Shown: positions 19,299 to 27,876 of the stretch, one piece after another
How positions within the stretch are numbered: position 1 is the first letter of the stretch
How the letters are laid out: every line of letters begins with the position of its first letter
Assembly: GCA_963847705.1 (NCBI GenBank)
Contig: CAWKBC010000035.1
Location: 49,366 to 113,365 of the forward strand
Source of the DNA: an uncultured Pseudomonadota bacterium
Lineage (GTDB): Bacteria > Myxococcota_A > Polyangia > Fen-1088
Reading direction: 5' to 3'
DNA length: 64,000 bases
The notes under the pieces: model-generated
The model's database searches: none
What the model saw: the letters and a program-made list of their open reading frames with translations, nothing else
What the model was told of the DNA's origin: nothing
Made by a program: the position numbers and the translations under genes

Positions 19299-19569
19299 AC
19301 AAAAACGGTTTACCGGCGGACTCCCAGGTGACGCCCGAATCACATGCAGAGGGCCGTGCGGTCGAATCGTCGACCCGATCGAGGCGCTCACCAGCAGATG
19401 GACGAATATTCTGAAGGTCGTGGGAGAGGAACGCGCCTATCGAGGCACGTGCCCTGATTGCGTCATGGCCAGCATCGACGAACTGCGGGAAAAGCCGAAA
19501 CGTCCAAGGCGAGCAGCCCCCAAAAAGAGAAGGGTGGGCACTGGAAGCGCCAAGCGGAAACGGCGTTAG
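19291..19569 (+). CDS. Small putative Zn-ribbon protein with basic tail
   Basis: CRGPC..CPDC; Lys/Arg-rich C-terminus. Confidence 0.55.
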   Translation: MPEQKRFTGGLPGDARITCRGPCGRIVDPIEALTSRWTNILKVVGEERAYRGTCPDCVMASIDELREKPKRPRRAAPKKRRVGTGSAKRKRR

Positions 19570-19659
19570 CTCGCGACCGCTCGACCGCGTAACCGGTCTC
19601 GCCTGAATGGGTTTCGGGGACCAGCGTTCTCCCGGCATGCCTAGCCGGGTCGAGAGTAG

Positions 19660-20139
19660 CTAGGGCAGTTCATCGAAATGTGCTCCGAGCCTCGTTCGGT
19701 TCCGATTTCGATATGAGACGGACCAGATCTGAAGTTCAGAAGTTGTCACGACGAGGTAGATCGTGGAGACCGCTCGTCCTGAATCAAGATGAGCGATCGC
19801 AAGGTCTGGTAGCCCGACACGGCTCATTACGATCGACGTTCGAAGATATCTATCGTCGAGACGGAGAACGCTTTCTTGGTCCGATAGCTGAATCGCTTTG
19901 CGTCGCTCTTCGATGATCTTGGGACCGAAGGGCTCCCATGGCATTACCCTGACTAGCCCCGGGGCATCTAGAACGAGCAGGCAGGTGCAGTTTTCGGTCG
20001 TCTCGGCCCAAGGCAACAAAGACAGGATTCGGGCGGGGAGGGTAAATCTGCCTCGGCTGTCTACCGGCCGAACCTCGATGGCACCACCCGCCCCGTCTGC
20101 TTGATCAAGAGCCCAGGCCGGGGGTCGTCCCGTCTTCAT
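19660..20139 (-). CDS. MraZ/AbrB-like DNA-binding protein
   Basis: VDSRGRFTLP first repeat, SRVGLP second repeat, ELQIWS end. Confidence 0.65.
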   Translation of the reverse strand: MKTGRPPAWALDQADGAGGAIEVRPVDSRGRFTLPARILSLLPWAETTENCTCLLVLDAPGLVRVMPWEPFGPKIIEERRKAIQLSDQESVLRLDDRYLRTSIVMSRVGLPDLAIAHLDSGRAVSTIYLVVTTSELQIWSVSYRNRNRTRLGAHFDELP

Positions 20140-20208
20140 GGGCGTGATTGGGTAAAAGTATTTGTGAGCATGGATGCTGTATCATCCTGAAAAACTTGAC
20201 TGAACGGA

Positions 20209-20236
20209 TTGACAGCTCAGATCGAGTCGATAGAAT
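20209..20236 (+). promoter_or_regulatory. Near-consensus sigma70 promoter
   Basis: TTGACA-16 nt-TAGAAT in an AT-rich divergent intergenic region. Confidence 0.7.
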
Positions 20237-20333
20237 TGGGAACAAGTAGTAGGTCACAAGGAAGAGCGGGAGGTCAACCGATGCCGCATCACAGCAGGGT
20301 CGCCGCACACCCAGCACGGCTATCTTTCTAGCT

Positions 20334-21140
20334 GTGACTCGCCCCGTAGACCTGCCGGACTTCGACGCGCCACCGGTGATCGAGGTGGTCATTGGGGTGC
20401 AGTTCCCGACGATCGACCAGTTGTCTTCGGCGCACGTAGGAGCGTTCTGGCAACGCGTTCGAGCCACCTATCCACGTCTGCAGGACGCGCCGCCACTTCC
20501 AGCCGTCTACGAGACTCCACCTTCGTCCGCGGCAGGGCTGGAGGTCTCGCTACTTCCCCTTCGACGTACCTTCTTCATCAGTTCCGATGGAGCCTGGCTT
20601 GCACAGCTTCAAGGGAACCGTCTCCTTCACAATTGGCGGAAGCAATCGGACACCGACTCGTACCCTCGATACGAGTCATGCTTCGATCGCTTCCGGACCG
20701 TGTGGAACGAGTTCCGGTACTTCTTGCGGGAGGAGGGCATCCCAACGCCGATTGCCGATCAGCTCGAGCTCACATACGTGAACCACATTCCGTTCGGTAA
20801 ACCGATGAGTTCCCTCGCAGACATCGGCGATGTCTTCCCAGACATAAAATGGCGATCATCTCGGTCGTTCCTGCCGTCGCCTACAGGTCTGCGTTGGAGC
20901 TTGAATTTTGAGCTCCCTAACAAGACTGGCAAGCTGCACGTGGATGTGAAGACGGCCACACGGGCCGCTGATAACGTACCCTTGCTGGTCTGCGAGCTCA
21001 CGACGCGCGGTGCACCGGCCGATTCTGACGATGACACCCTGGTTGATTGGTTCGGCCAGGGTCGAGAGTGGATCGTAAAGGGATTCGCCGATCTCACCGG
21101 CCAGACCGTTCAAAAAGACGTGTGGCGGAGGGTGACATGA
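20334..21140 (+). CDS. TIGR04255-like protein
   Basis: LPDFDAPPVIEVVIGVQF, RTFFISSDG..QLQ.NRL..NWRK..YPRY, ELTYVNHI. Confidence 0.8.
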   Translation: MTRPVDLPDFDAPPVIEVVIGVQFPTIDQLSSAHVGAFWQRVRATYPRLQDAPPLPAVYETPPSSAAGLEVSLLPLRRTFFISSDGAWLAQLQGNRLLHNWRKQSDTDSYPRYESCFDRFRTVWNEFRYFLREEGIPTPIADQLELTYVNHIPFGKPMSSLADIGDVFPDIKWRSSRSFLPSPTGLRWSLNFELPNKTGKLHVDVKTATRAADNVPLLVCELTTRGAPADSDDDTLVDWFGQGREWIVKGFADLTGQTVQKDVWRRVT

Positions 21141-21853
21141 CAACCGCGCTATTGGACGAGTGGCCTCTTGCTCCGGTGGTTCGCCGGCAGGTCGGCGATC
21201 CGAAGGGTCCTCAGACCCTGGAATGCGCTTATCTAGTCTCCGGGGTGGTCGACCCGGGCTCGACGATGTCTGGCGCGACCCTTGACTGTAGGCGAGAGCT
21301 CGTGGGGCAGGTGGCCTCCGGAAGCGCCGCGATGGGTTTGACGATCGCGCGCGAGATCGTCAAGCATCTGTTCGTTGAGGCGGATCCTCTAAGGGCACTT
21401 GTTGTTGGATCTCTGACAACTGTTGTAGCCGAACGGATCGGCCAGGCGACTACCTCGCTCGTTGGTACTCGAATTCGAAAAGTGATTGGTCCAATTCAGA
21501 CGCCGTACGTCGACGACGTAGGAGTGACGTGTCTGAGGAACATAACGGGATCTATGGGCCGGATACGGAACTGGGCAGATCGCGTGGAGTATGCCGTTAG
21601 CGACGGAGGCAGATCTTGGTATGTAGACCATGAACCTTTGTCGGTAGCCGATCCTGCAAGAGCCAATTCTCTGAACGACTCTAAAGCTAACGCGAGCTGG
21701 CTCAAGGAGAACTCCGCGAGCTTTCGGGGACAATGGATCGCGCTCAAAGAGGGCAACCTCCTCGGAGCCGATCCGAGCAGGCTGGAACTTACTCGCAAGC
21801 TCCGAGCTGCAAAGAACTTGGCTGGAGCCTTTCTCGTCTCACTGAAGAATTGA
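21137..21853 (+). CDS. Hypothetical protein with C-terminal DUF5678-like domain
   Basis: ATGA overlap with upstream stop; NASWLKENSASFRGQWIALKEGNLLGAD. Confidence 0.7.
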   Translation: MTTALLDEWPLAPVVRRQVGDPKGPQTLECAYLVSGVVDPGSTMSGATLDCRRELVGQVASGSAAMGLTIAREIVKHLFVEADPLRALVVGSLTTVVAERIGQATTSLVGTRIRKVIGPIQTPYVDDVGVTCLRNITGSMGRIRNWADRVEYAVSDGGRSWYVDHEPLSVADPARANSLNDSKANASWLKENSASFRGQWIALKEGNLLGADPSRLELTRKLRAAKNLAGAFLVSLKN

Positions 21854-21854
21854 C

Positions 21855-22322
21855 GTGCTGTTTCGGCGTGGTGTTCCTCGCGGAGACACGAGGTGGAGTA
21901 CGGGATCGGCTCTTGCCTACGTAGATGACATGACGTCCAACGCCAGGCTCATTGTCGGTGTCAAGTGTCAGATCGCTGCTCTTGAGTACTATGAGAAAGC
22001 CCTTCTGGACACCGCATGTTATTGGTCGGTCCTCAGCTCTGGGCTGGCCGACGATCTGACTGATACGATCGGCCCTGCGTCCGAGAGCATCTCCATGGAC
22101 ACAAGGCACGGCAAGTTTTCTGGAGGCCTTCACCGTATCCCAATTCGACTAGTCGCCGACGACGGCGACCATCTGGATGTGGAAGCCACCGTCGCGATCC
22201 TGACCGGATGGGACGGTCCAACCGTATTGGGCTTTCATGGATTCATCGAGCGAATTCGGTTCGCGTTCGATCCAGGCTACGAAGCCGGAGAGGACCCGTT
22301 AGTGTTTTTTGGAAAGCCGTGA
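21855..22322 (+). CDS. Single-domain retropepsin-like aspartic protease
   Basis: ALLDTA catalytic motif, flap TRHG, VLGFHGFIERIRF C-terminal motif. Confidence 0.75.
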   Translation: MLFRRGVPRGDTRWSTGSALAYVDDMTSNARLIVGVKCQIAALEYYEKALLDTACYWSVLSSGLADDLTDTIGPASESISMDTRHGKFSGGLHRIPIRLVADDGDHLDVEATVAILTGWDGPTVLGFHGFIERIRFAFDPGYEAGEDPLVFFGKP

Positions 22323-22363
22323 CTCTGGCTGCTGGTCCTCGCCGACGCCTCCAGCGGCGCGAG

Positions 22364-25300
22364 TCACGACTTCCTCCGGGCGGTAGGCACCCTACTCGCT
22401 GAACCCTTCCCAGCCTTCCTCGTCGTTGCAGCCTTCTTACTCGTCACCTTATTCTTCGTCGCAGCCTTCGTGCTCGTGGCCTTCGTCAACCGCGGCTTTA
22501 GAGCTCCCTCGGTGAGCACCACACGCCAAGCATTGGACTGCTCTCGCTGGAGAACCACGAGCCACTTGGGTGGTGGCGAGGGATAGGGCCGTAGCTCCCG
22601 TTCGCCGAACGCGAACCATACGGTGGCGCGCTCGCCCACATACGTTCGAAGCAGGTCTTCTCGAACGTATAGGATATCGCCCTCAAGTCCGTCGACGCCC
22701 CGGAGTGTGATCGTGGCCCTCGTCCCATCCGGGAGGAACTGGTCGAACACCTGCGGCGCGCCGCGCAGGTCGAACCGTGAGGAGAAGGAGCGTGACGGCA
22801 CACGTGCGTTGCCCGCATGGTTCATTTCGCTGTGGTAGCTCTCCCACGCGTAGTCGTGAGCGAGGACCTCGACTTCTACTTTGCCCCCTCCAACACGAAC
22901 GCTCTCCAGGTAGGCACGCTCGGGACCCGCGTCCGCTCGCGCCCCGACAGCGAAACTCCGAAGCCACGGAATTTCGCCAGCGAATGCGTAGTCGTCACTA
23001 GGAACTTCGCGGGCCACCCATGGCCGCTCCCCCGCATTGAGGGCGGCAACTAAAGCCGGCACACCCTGCTTGGGCGTCACCAGTGCGGACAGGAACGCCC
23101 GTACCTCGCGCCCGAGCACCCTGTCGGAAGCTTTGAGGAAGGCGTGGACGGCGATCCACGGTCCGTGATGTTCGCCGATCTTCTTTCGAACGATGAGCTT
23201 CTGAGGCACTTCGGTGCGGCTTCCGCGAGCCCAACGCTCGTGGCTCTCGACACTCGGCGTGAGCCATGCCTGCGGAACCGTCGGCTCCCCGTCCACTACT
23301 GGTCGCTCAGGGAACGAGGGATCGATATCGACGTCGGAAAGCCGTCTGCCATCGGGCAGGAGTCCCTGTGCCTCGAGCATACCGGCGTAGGTGAAGAAAC
23401 CAATCCAGCCGTACTTCTTGCCGTAACGTTCGGCTCGAGGGCGAAGCCCACGTCCTTCGGCGCGGAAGGCATCCTCTGCGATATTGCGGTCCAAGGTTTC
23501 GAATGCCGAGGCTCTCCACCCGAGCGACCACACAACTCCGCAAACATGGGCGATGGCCGCTTGGTGTCCCTGATGATTCATGTCGTAGTTGCCCCGGTCG
23601 TCGAAGAGGCGCCCGAGAGTGTAGTTCTCGAAGTCCATGTGGAGGGTGCGTCCAACCTCTTCCGCACGTGTGTCGCCTGCCGGGACCGCGGCGACTTGCG
23701 ACGCTGCGGCGAAGGACCACTGGCCAAGCAGGCTGTCGGGAACGAGCGCGTGGTAGAACTTCGTTGCGAACGCGATAATGCCGCGGACATAGAGGCGCGC
23801 GAGGTAGTGATTGGTCGGCGTCGTCGCCGCGGAGCCCGCCAATGCGCGCGTGAGCTGGTTCAGAAACTCTTTCAGGGGTACCCCGAAGTCGGTGTCTTCC
23901 CGCTGGTGGCTCATCACGACGCCATACGATGCCGCGAGCATGCGCTCGCTAACGTAGGCGTCGTTCACTGCGAGCGAGTCGACGGTCAGCTCGAAGAGTC
24001 CTTCTGGATCCCCTCGACCGAACCAATAGAGCGAGCGAGTCGCTTGATCGCGGAGGCGCCGGACCGTGCTCGTGAGCGTCCACACGACCCAACCAGCGCG
24101 AAGCCGATCGCCGAAGCCTCTGCCCCCTTTTCGCCAGCGCTGCTCCAAAAACTCGAGGTCGCGCAACATTTCTTCGTGGTTCCTTCGAAGCCACTCCGTC
24201 CAGCGCAAGTCCCGGTCCGCGACGCCCATCGGCTGGAGCACCCGATCCAGCGCCTCGGCATTCAGCGGATGACTCGCGGCCCCACGCATCTCCCAGAGCT
24301 TCTCAAGGATCCCGGCGTCTCCTTCGCGTACGAGATTGAGGAGCGCATCGACAGTTGCGGCGTCCAGGTAGGCCGCCTCGAGCCCTGCAGCGGATCGCAA
24401 GGCCTGAGAGCGCAGCGGCTCCCCGACCAACTGCCAGAGCTGCTTGGCGTGGAAGCGCCGAGGGATCTGCCCAACCAACGAGTACACGACATCGTCGGCG
24501 AGCGGGTGCCGGTCCTCGTGGCCTCCGGTCAGCAGGGTCGTTGTAGGCGCCTCGCGGATCCAGGTTTCGAAGCCAATCTGACCGTGCTTCGAGAGCAGCG
24601 CGTTGGCGATGATGTGCCCTCCTAGCCGGTCGTACACAGGAACATACGCGCCGTTTCCGTTGGAGGGCATGCGCAACAGGATCCCCTCGTGCTCAAGCGC
24701 ACGCACGAGGCTTTGATCCCACGGGCGTCTTTCGTCACCAAGCGCACGGCGCAGTTCGTCGATGTCGAGAGAGCGGGTCCGCTTGTCCCAGAGAGTGCTG
24801 GCAACAACACCTAGGGCAGCACGAACATCGTGCGCGTAGTACCGCTGCGTGCTGGGGGCCAACTCTGCCACTCGGTCGGCCACCTGATCGAGGTAGCGGT
24901 CGAAGAGCGCAGTCAACGATCCCGGCATCGCGTCGATCCCGACTACCTTCGCTCTGGCCGGGTTCGTCACCTCGCAAAACAGTCTCAAGGTCAGTGGATG
25001 CTTAAGGAATTGCAGAGGGATCGAAGCATCGGTCGCCTCGATCTTGTAAAAGCGAAAGTGCTCGCGGATTGCTTCGATCGTTTCGGATCCGTAGCCTTCA
25101 ATCTCCACGCGCCGAGTCCCGTCGGGCAGCGCCTCTGCTGCAAACTCTGGCCGCAATGTGCAGACCACAAGGACGTAGGGGTACTTCGCCAGCATGCTCT
25201 CCAGCGCGGCGATCAGCGGCTTCCATGCTCGCGGGTCTTCTGATTCGTTGAGCCCGTCGATGACCACCGGCAACCGGTGCCGCGCGCGCTGCCCCGCCGC

Positions 25301-26470
25301 GTCCACGGCCGCGAGCAGGGACTCCATGCTGGGGACGGGATGAGCCGCGATCGACACCCGTCGCGCTAGGTCATCGATCGTGTGGTTCGCGTGAAGGTCG
25401 CGACCGTGAAGCAGCACGCCATGAGGGCGCGCGCCGGTGCTTACTGTAAGCTGCGCTGCAAGGTGGGTCTTGCCACACCCGGCCGGTGCAACGACCGCGA
25501 CGACGCGCGAGGAGAATGCAGCCTCAGCATCGGCAATCAATCGCAGTGACCCACGGCAGCCTGCTACCGCGTTCGTCACGTATAGACTGGCCGGATGGTT
25601 TCCAGAACGTAGCCTTCGAGGGACGGTGGTGACGTCTGGAGTAAGCGTCTGCGGTTGTGAGGAGAGCTCGTCGCGAAGCAGGTCCAGATCACCATCGCGG
25701 ATCCCGTCGGCGATTCGCTCGAGCGCATCAGCAGTTTGCCTTGCCGTCTCGACAACGCCCGCCACTAGAAGCGCAAGAGGCGCGGGCACCTTTGGCGCCC
25801 CCTCCACGGCCTGGACCTGCGAATGCAAATCCACATTCAGCTCGCGGAGCGCGTCCCACGACTCGGACTCTCCGAGCATGCGACGTAACTGGCGTTCTGC
25901 GTAGAGGACATGATGAACCTCAGGCCGCCATCTCGGTCGAATAGGGGCGACCGCCTGCTCATGCCGTTCGCGTAGGATCTCCGGCGTCACCACCAGCTCG
26001 CCGAAATAGGTGCTTCGAAGAACGAGCGCTTGACCCGTGAGGTAGTTGTCGATCTCGTCGCTGGTCCAGAGATGCAGCGTCATCTTGTGCGAGAGGCCGT
26101 TGAACCACTTCTGGTCCGCGCTGGTCAGCGTACGGCGCGTCCACAGAACCCAGTCCGTGACTCCGGGGACATGGGCCTCCGTTTTGTAGATCCCCTCCTC
26201 GATCTTGGCTCTTCTGGTCGACCCTAGTTCGCCACTGGCGGGGAGGTCGTACCACTTGCACTGCCACCCCCACCAACGCCCTGGATCTCCAAGAGCACCA
26301 CAGCGTCGTTCGAGCCTCAGATGGAATTCGACCCCCGGCTGATTCGCGAGGGCCCGAAGCACACCGAGACGTCCGAAGTTCTCGCGAACCACGCCCCGGC
26401 AAAGCAGCTCGAAGTTCTTCTCGGCGCTCCCTGGCAGCTTGGCGAAGGCGTCCCAGTTCAGTGCGGGCAT
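22364..26470 (-). CDS. STAND NTPase with N-terminal PD-(D/E)xK nuclease, Avs2/AVAST-like
   Basis: NFELLC..GVEF..WQCKWY; Walker A APAGCGKT; Walker B VVIDGLNE; HPLTLRLFCE; NDAYVSERMLAA; ERYGKKYGWI. Confidence 0.85.
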   Translation of the reverse strand: MPALNWDAFAKLPGSAEKNFELLCRGVVRENFGRLGVLRALANQPGVEFHLRLERRCGALGDPGRWWGWQCKWYDLPASGELGSTRRAKIEEGIYKTEAHVPGVTDWVLWTRRTLTSADQKWFNGLSHKMTLHLWTSDEIDNYLTGQALVLRSTYFGELVVTPEILRERHEQAVAPIRPRWRPEVHHVLYAERQLRRMLGESESWDALRELNVDLHSQVQAVEGAPKVPAPLALLVAGVVETARQTADALERIADGIRDGDLDLLRDELSSQPQTLTPDVTTVPRRLRSGNHPASLYVTNAVAGCRGSLRLIADAEAAFSSRVVAVVAPAGCGKTHLAAQLTVSTGARPHGVLLHGRDLHANHTIDDLARRVSIAAHPVPSMESLLAAVDAAGQRARHRLPVVIDGLNESEDPRAWKPLIAALESMLAKYPYVLVVCTLRPEFAAEALPDGTRRVEIEGYGSETIEAIREHFRFYKIEATDASIPLQFLKHPLTLRLFCEVTNPARAKVVGIDAMPGSLTALFDRYLDQVADRVAELAPSTQRYYAHDVRAALGVVASTLWDKRTRSLDIDELRRALGDERRPWDQSLVRALEHEGILLRMPSNGNGAYVPVYDRLGGHIIANALLSKHGQIGFETWIREAPTTTLLTGGHEDRHPLADDVVYSLVGQIPRRFHAKQLWQLVGEPLRSQALRSAAGLEAAYLDAATVDALLNLVREGDAGILEKLWEMRGAASHPLNAEALDRVLQPMGVADRDLRWTEWLRRNHEEMLRDLEFLEQRWRKGGRGFGDRLRAGWVVWTLTSTVRRLRDQATRSLYWFGRGDPEGLFELTVDSLAVNDAYVSERMLAASYGVVMSHQREDTDFGVPLKEFLNQLTRALAGSAATTPTNHYLARLYVRGIIAFATKFYHALVPDSLLGQWSFAAASQVAAVPAGDTRAEEVGRTLHMDFENYTLGRLFDDRGNYDMNHQGHQAAIAHVCGVVWSLGWRASAFETLDRNIAEDAFRAEGRGLRPRAERYGKKYGWIGFFTYAGMLEAQGLLPDGRRLSDVDIDPSFPERPVVDGEPTVPQAWLTPSVESHERWARGSRTEVPQKLIVRKKIGEHHGPWIAVHAFLKASDRVLGREVRAFLSALVTPKQGVPALVAALNAGERPWVAREVPSDDYAFAGEIPWLRSFAVGARADAGPERAYLESVRVGGGKVEVEVLAHDYAWESYHSEMNHAGNARVPSRSFSSRFDLRGAPQVFDQFLPDGTRATITLRGVDGLEGDILYVREDLLRTYVGERATVWFAFGERELRPYPSPPPKWLVVLQREQSNAWRVVLTEGALKPRLTKATSTKAATKNKVTSKKAATTRKAGKGSASRVPTARRKS

Positions 26471-26486
26471 AGCGACTCCGACATGG

Positions 26487-26897
26487 TCACCGCCCCCGAC
26501 CGTGACCGGTACCTGGATGGTCGTGCGCGGAGTACACCTCGATGCGCGCACCGCGATGGAACATGACCTTCAAGAAGGCCGAGATGTCGAGTTCCTCCGT
26601 CGTCACAACGACGTCGCTTCCTTCAACCTTCACGCTGACCTCGTAGGCGAACTGTTCGAGCTCCTGCGGTCCGATCGAGCCGATGTTCAGGCGCCCGAAA
26701 AGGTCGAGCATCTCCTTGCCAAAGCGTTCGGATGGACTCCCGATGACCAACGATCCCTTGTCCTGGTCTTCCGCGACCTGCTTCGAGATCGCGTCGATGA
26801 TCTCTTTTGCCTTGGTGGCCTCGGTCGCATCCTCGAAATGGCCGATCATCACCAGGTTCGCGGAGTGCTCAGAGCCGTGCTGGTACCAGATCTTCAT
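26487..26897 (-). CDS. DUF6375-like small protein
   Basis: MKIWYQHGSEHSANLVMIGHF start and GARIEVYSAHD end; ATGA overlap with the radical SAM stop. Confidence 0.75.
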   Translation of the reverse strand: MKIWYQHGSEHSANLVMIGHFEDATEATKAKEIIDAISKQVAEDQDKGSLVIGSPSERFGKEMLDLFGRLNIGSIGPQELEQFAYEVSVKVEGSDVVVTTEELDISAFLKVMFHRGARIEVYSAHDHPGTGHGRGR

Positions 26898-27838
26898 GGG
26901 TCGTTCTCCCCGAGGGCGTGAGCGAGGCGGTCGAGGGCGCTCAGCACGCCGTCGGCGCCAATCGGCACGCCGGTTGAGTGGTAGGAGGTCGGCTTGAGGA
27001 CACCTGCCGCGTCGATGTGAGCGTAGGCACGAAGCCCACGCTCCTCGGGCAGCGGGTCACAGGTCGGGAAGCCGTCGGCGTTCGCCTCGTTGATAGAGAG
27101 CTTCAGTGGACCGCCATACGCTTCAACCCAGCGTCGAAGCTCCTGCAAAGTCTGGCCACTGATCCCAGGCTGCCCGCGGACTGGCGCCTGAGGCAAGAGC
27201 AAGAACTCGCAGGCGCCGAGGTCGGCAGCCACCGCGGCGGCCTCATCGAGGTCGGGCAGCGTGAGTTCATTCACGACGATGTTGATGCCAAACTGAGAGA
27301 TCGAGCGGACCAGCTTTATGCGGGCTTGAAGCTCGCGGAAGGAGCGTCGTCGAATCGCCTCGTAGGTCGCTCCTACTCCATCCATGCTTACGCGGATGAA
27401 ATGAATACCGCCCCGCAGCGCTTCGGCGAGGGCTTCGTCGATGTGGTGCCCGTGCGTCGTGAACGACACGGAGAGGCGTGTTTCGCGCGCAGCGTATTGG
27501 CACAGCTCCACGAAGTCGGTGTGGAGCGTCGGCTCACCTCCGCCGAAGCCCACTCCGAGCGCGCCGTTCGCATCAAGCTCGGAGAGCCACCGTGTGACAA
27601 AGTGGCGGCGAAGCCCGTCGCGGGACTTGGGGGCGTAGCAGTGCGCACACGCGAGATCGCACCGGTTCGTGAGGGCGATCGAGACTTGGCGAGGTGCTCG
27701 GGACCAAAGCGACGCTGGAGCGGGGATCTCGTTTAGCAGGACATTCAGGCCGGTACTGCGGTCGAACAGATGGAGGCCCGCTGGCGAGCAGCGCTGCTTC
27801 CACTGCCGCTTGAGATCCTCGAGCGACGCGTCGGACAT
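26894..27838 (-). CDS. Radical SAM enzyme
   Basis: CDLACAHC (CxxxCxxC), GGGEP, TTHG, VSMDG. Confidence 0.93.
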   Translation of the reverse strand: MSDASLEDLKRQWKQRCSPAGLHLFDRSTGLNVLLNEIPAPASLWSRAPRQVSIALTNRCDLACAHCYAPKSRDGLRRHFVTRWLSELDANGALGVGFGGGEPTLHTDFVELCQYAARETRLSVSFTTHGHHIDEALAEALRGGIHFIRVSMDGVGATYEAIRRRSFRELQARIKLVRSISQFGINIVVNELTLPDLDEAAAVAADLGACEFLLLPQAPVRGQPGISGQTLQELRRWVEAYGGPLKLSINEANADGFPTCDPLPEERGLRAYAHIDAAGVLKPTSYHSTGVPIGADGVLSALDRLAHALGENDP

Positions 27839-27876
27839 CGAGTCGAGGATGCGGCTCCTGCCTGAGCGACGTCAAG

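Noticed and set aside
26894-27838. Prokaryotic viperin
   Set aside because: Only generic radical SAM motifs are visible and I see no viperin-specific signature; an HMM search is needed
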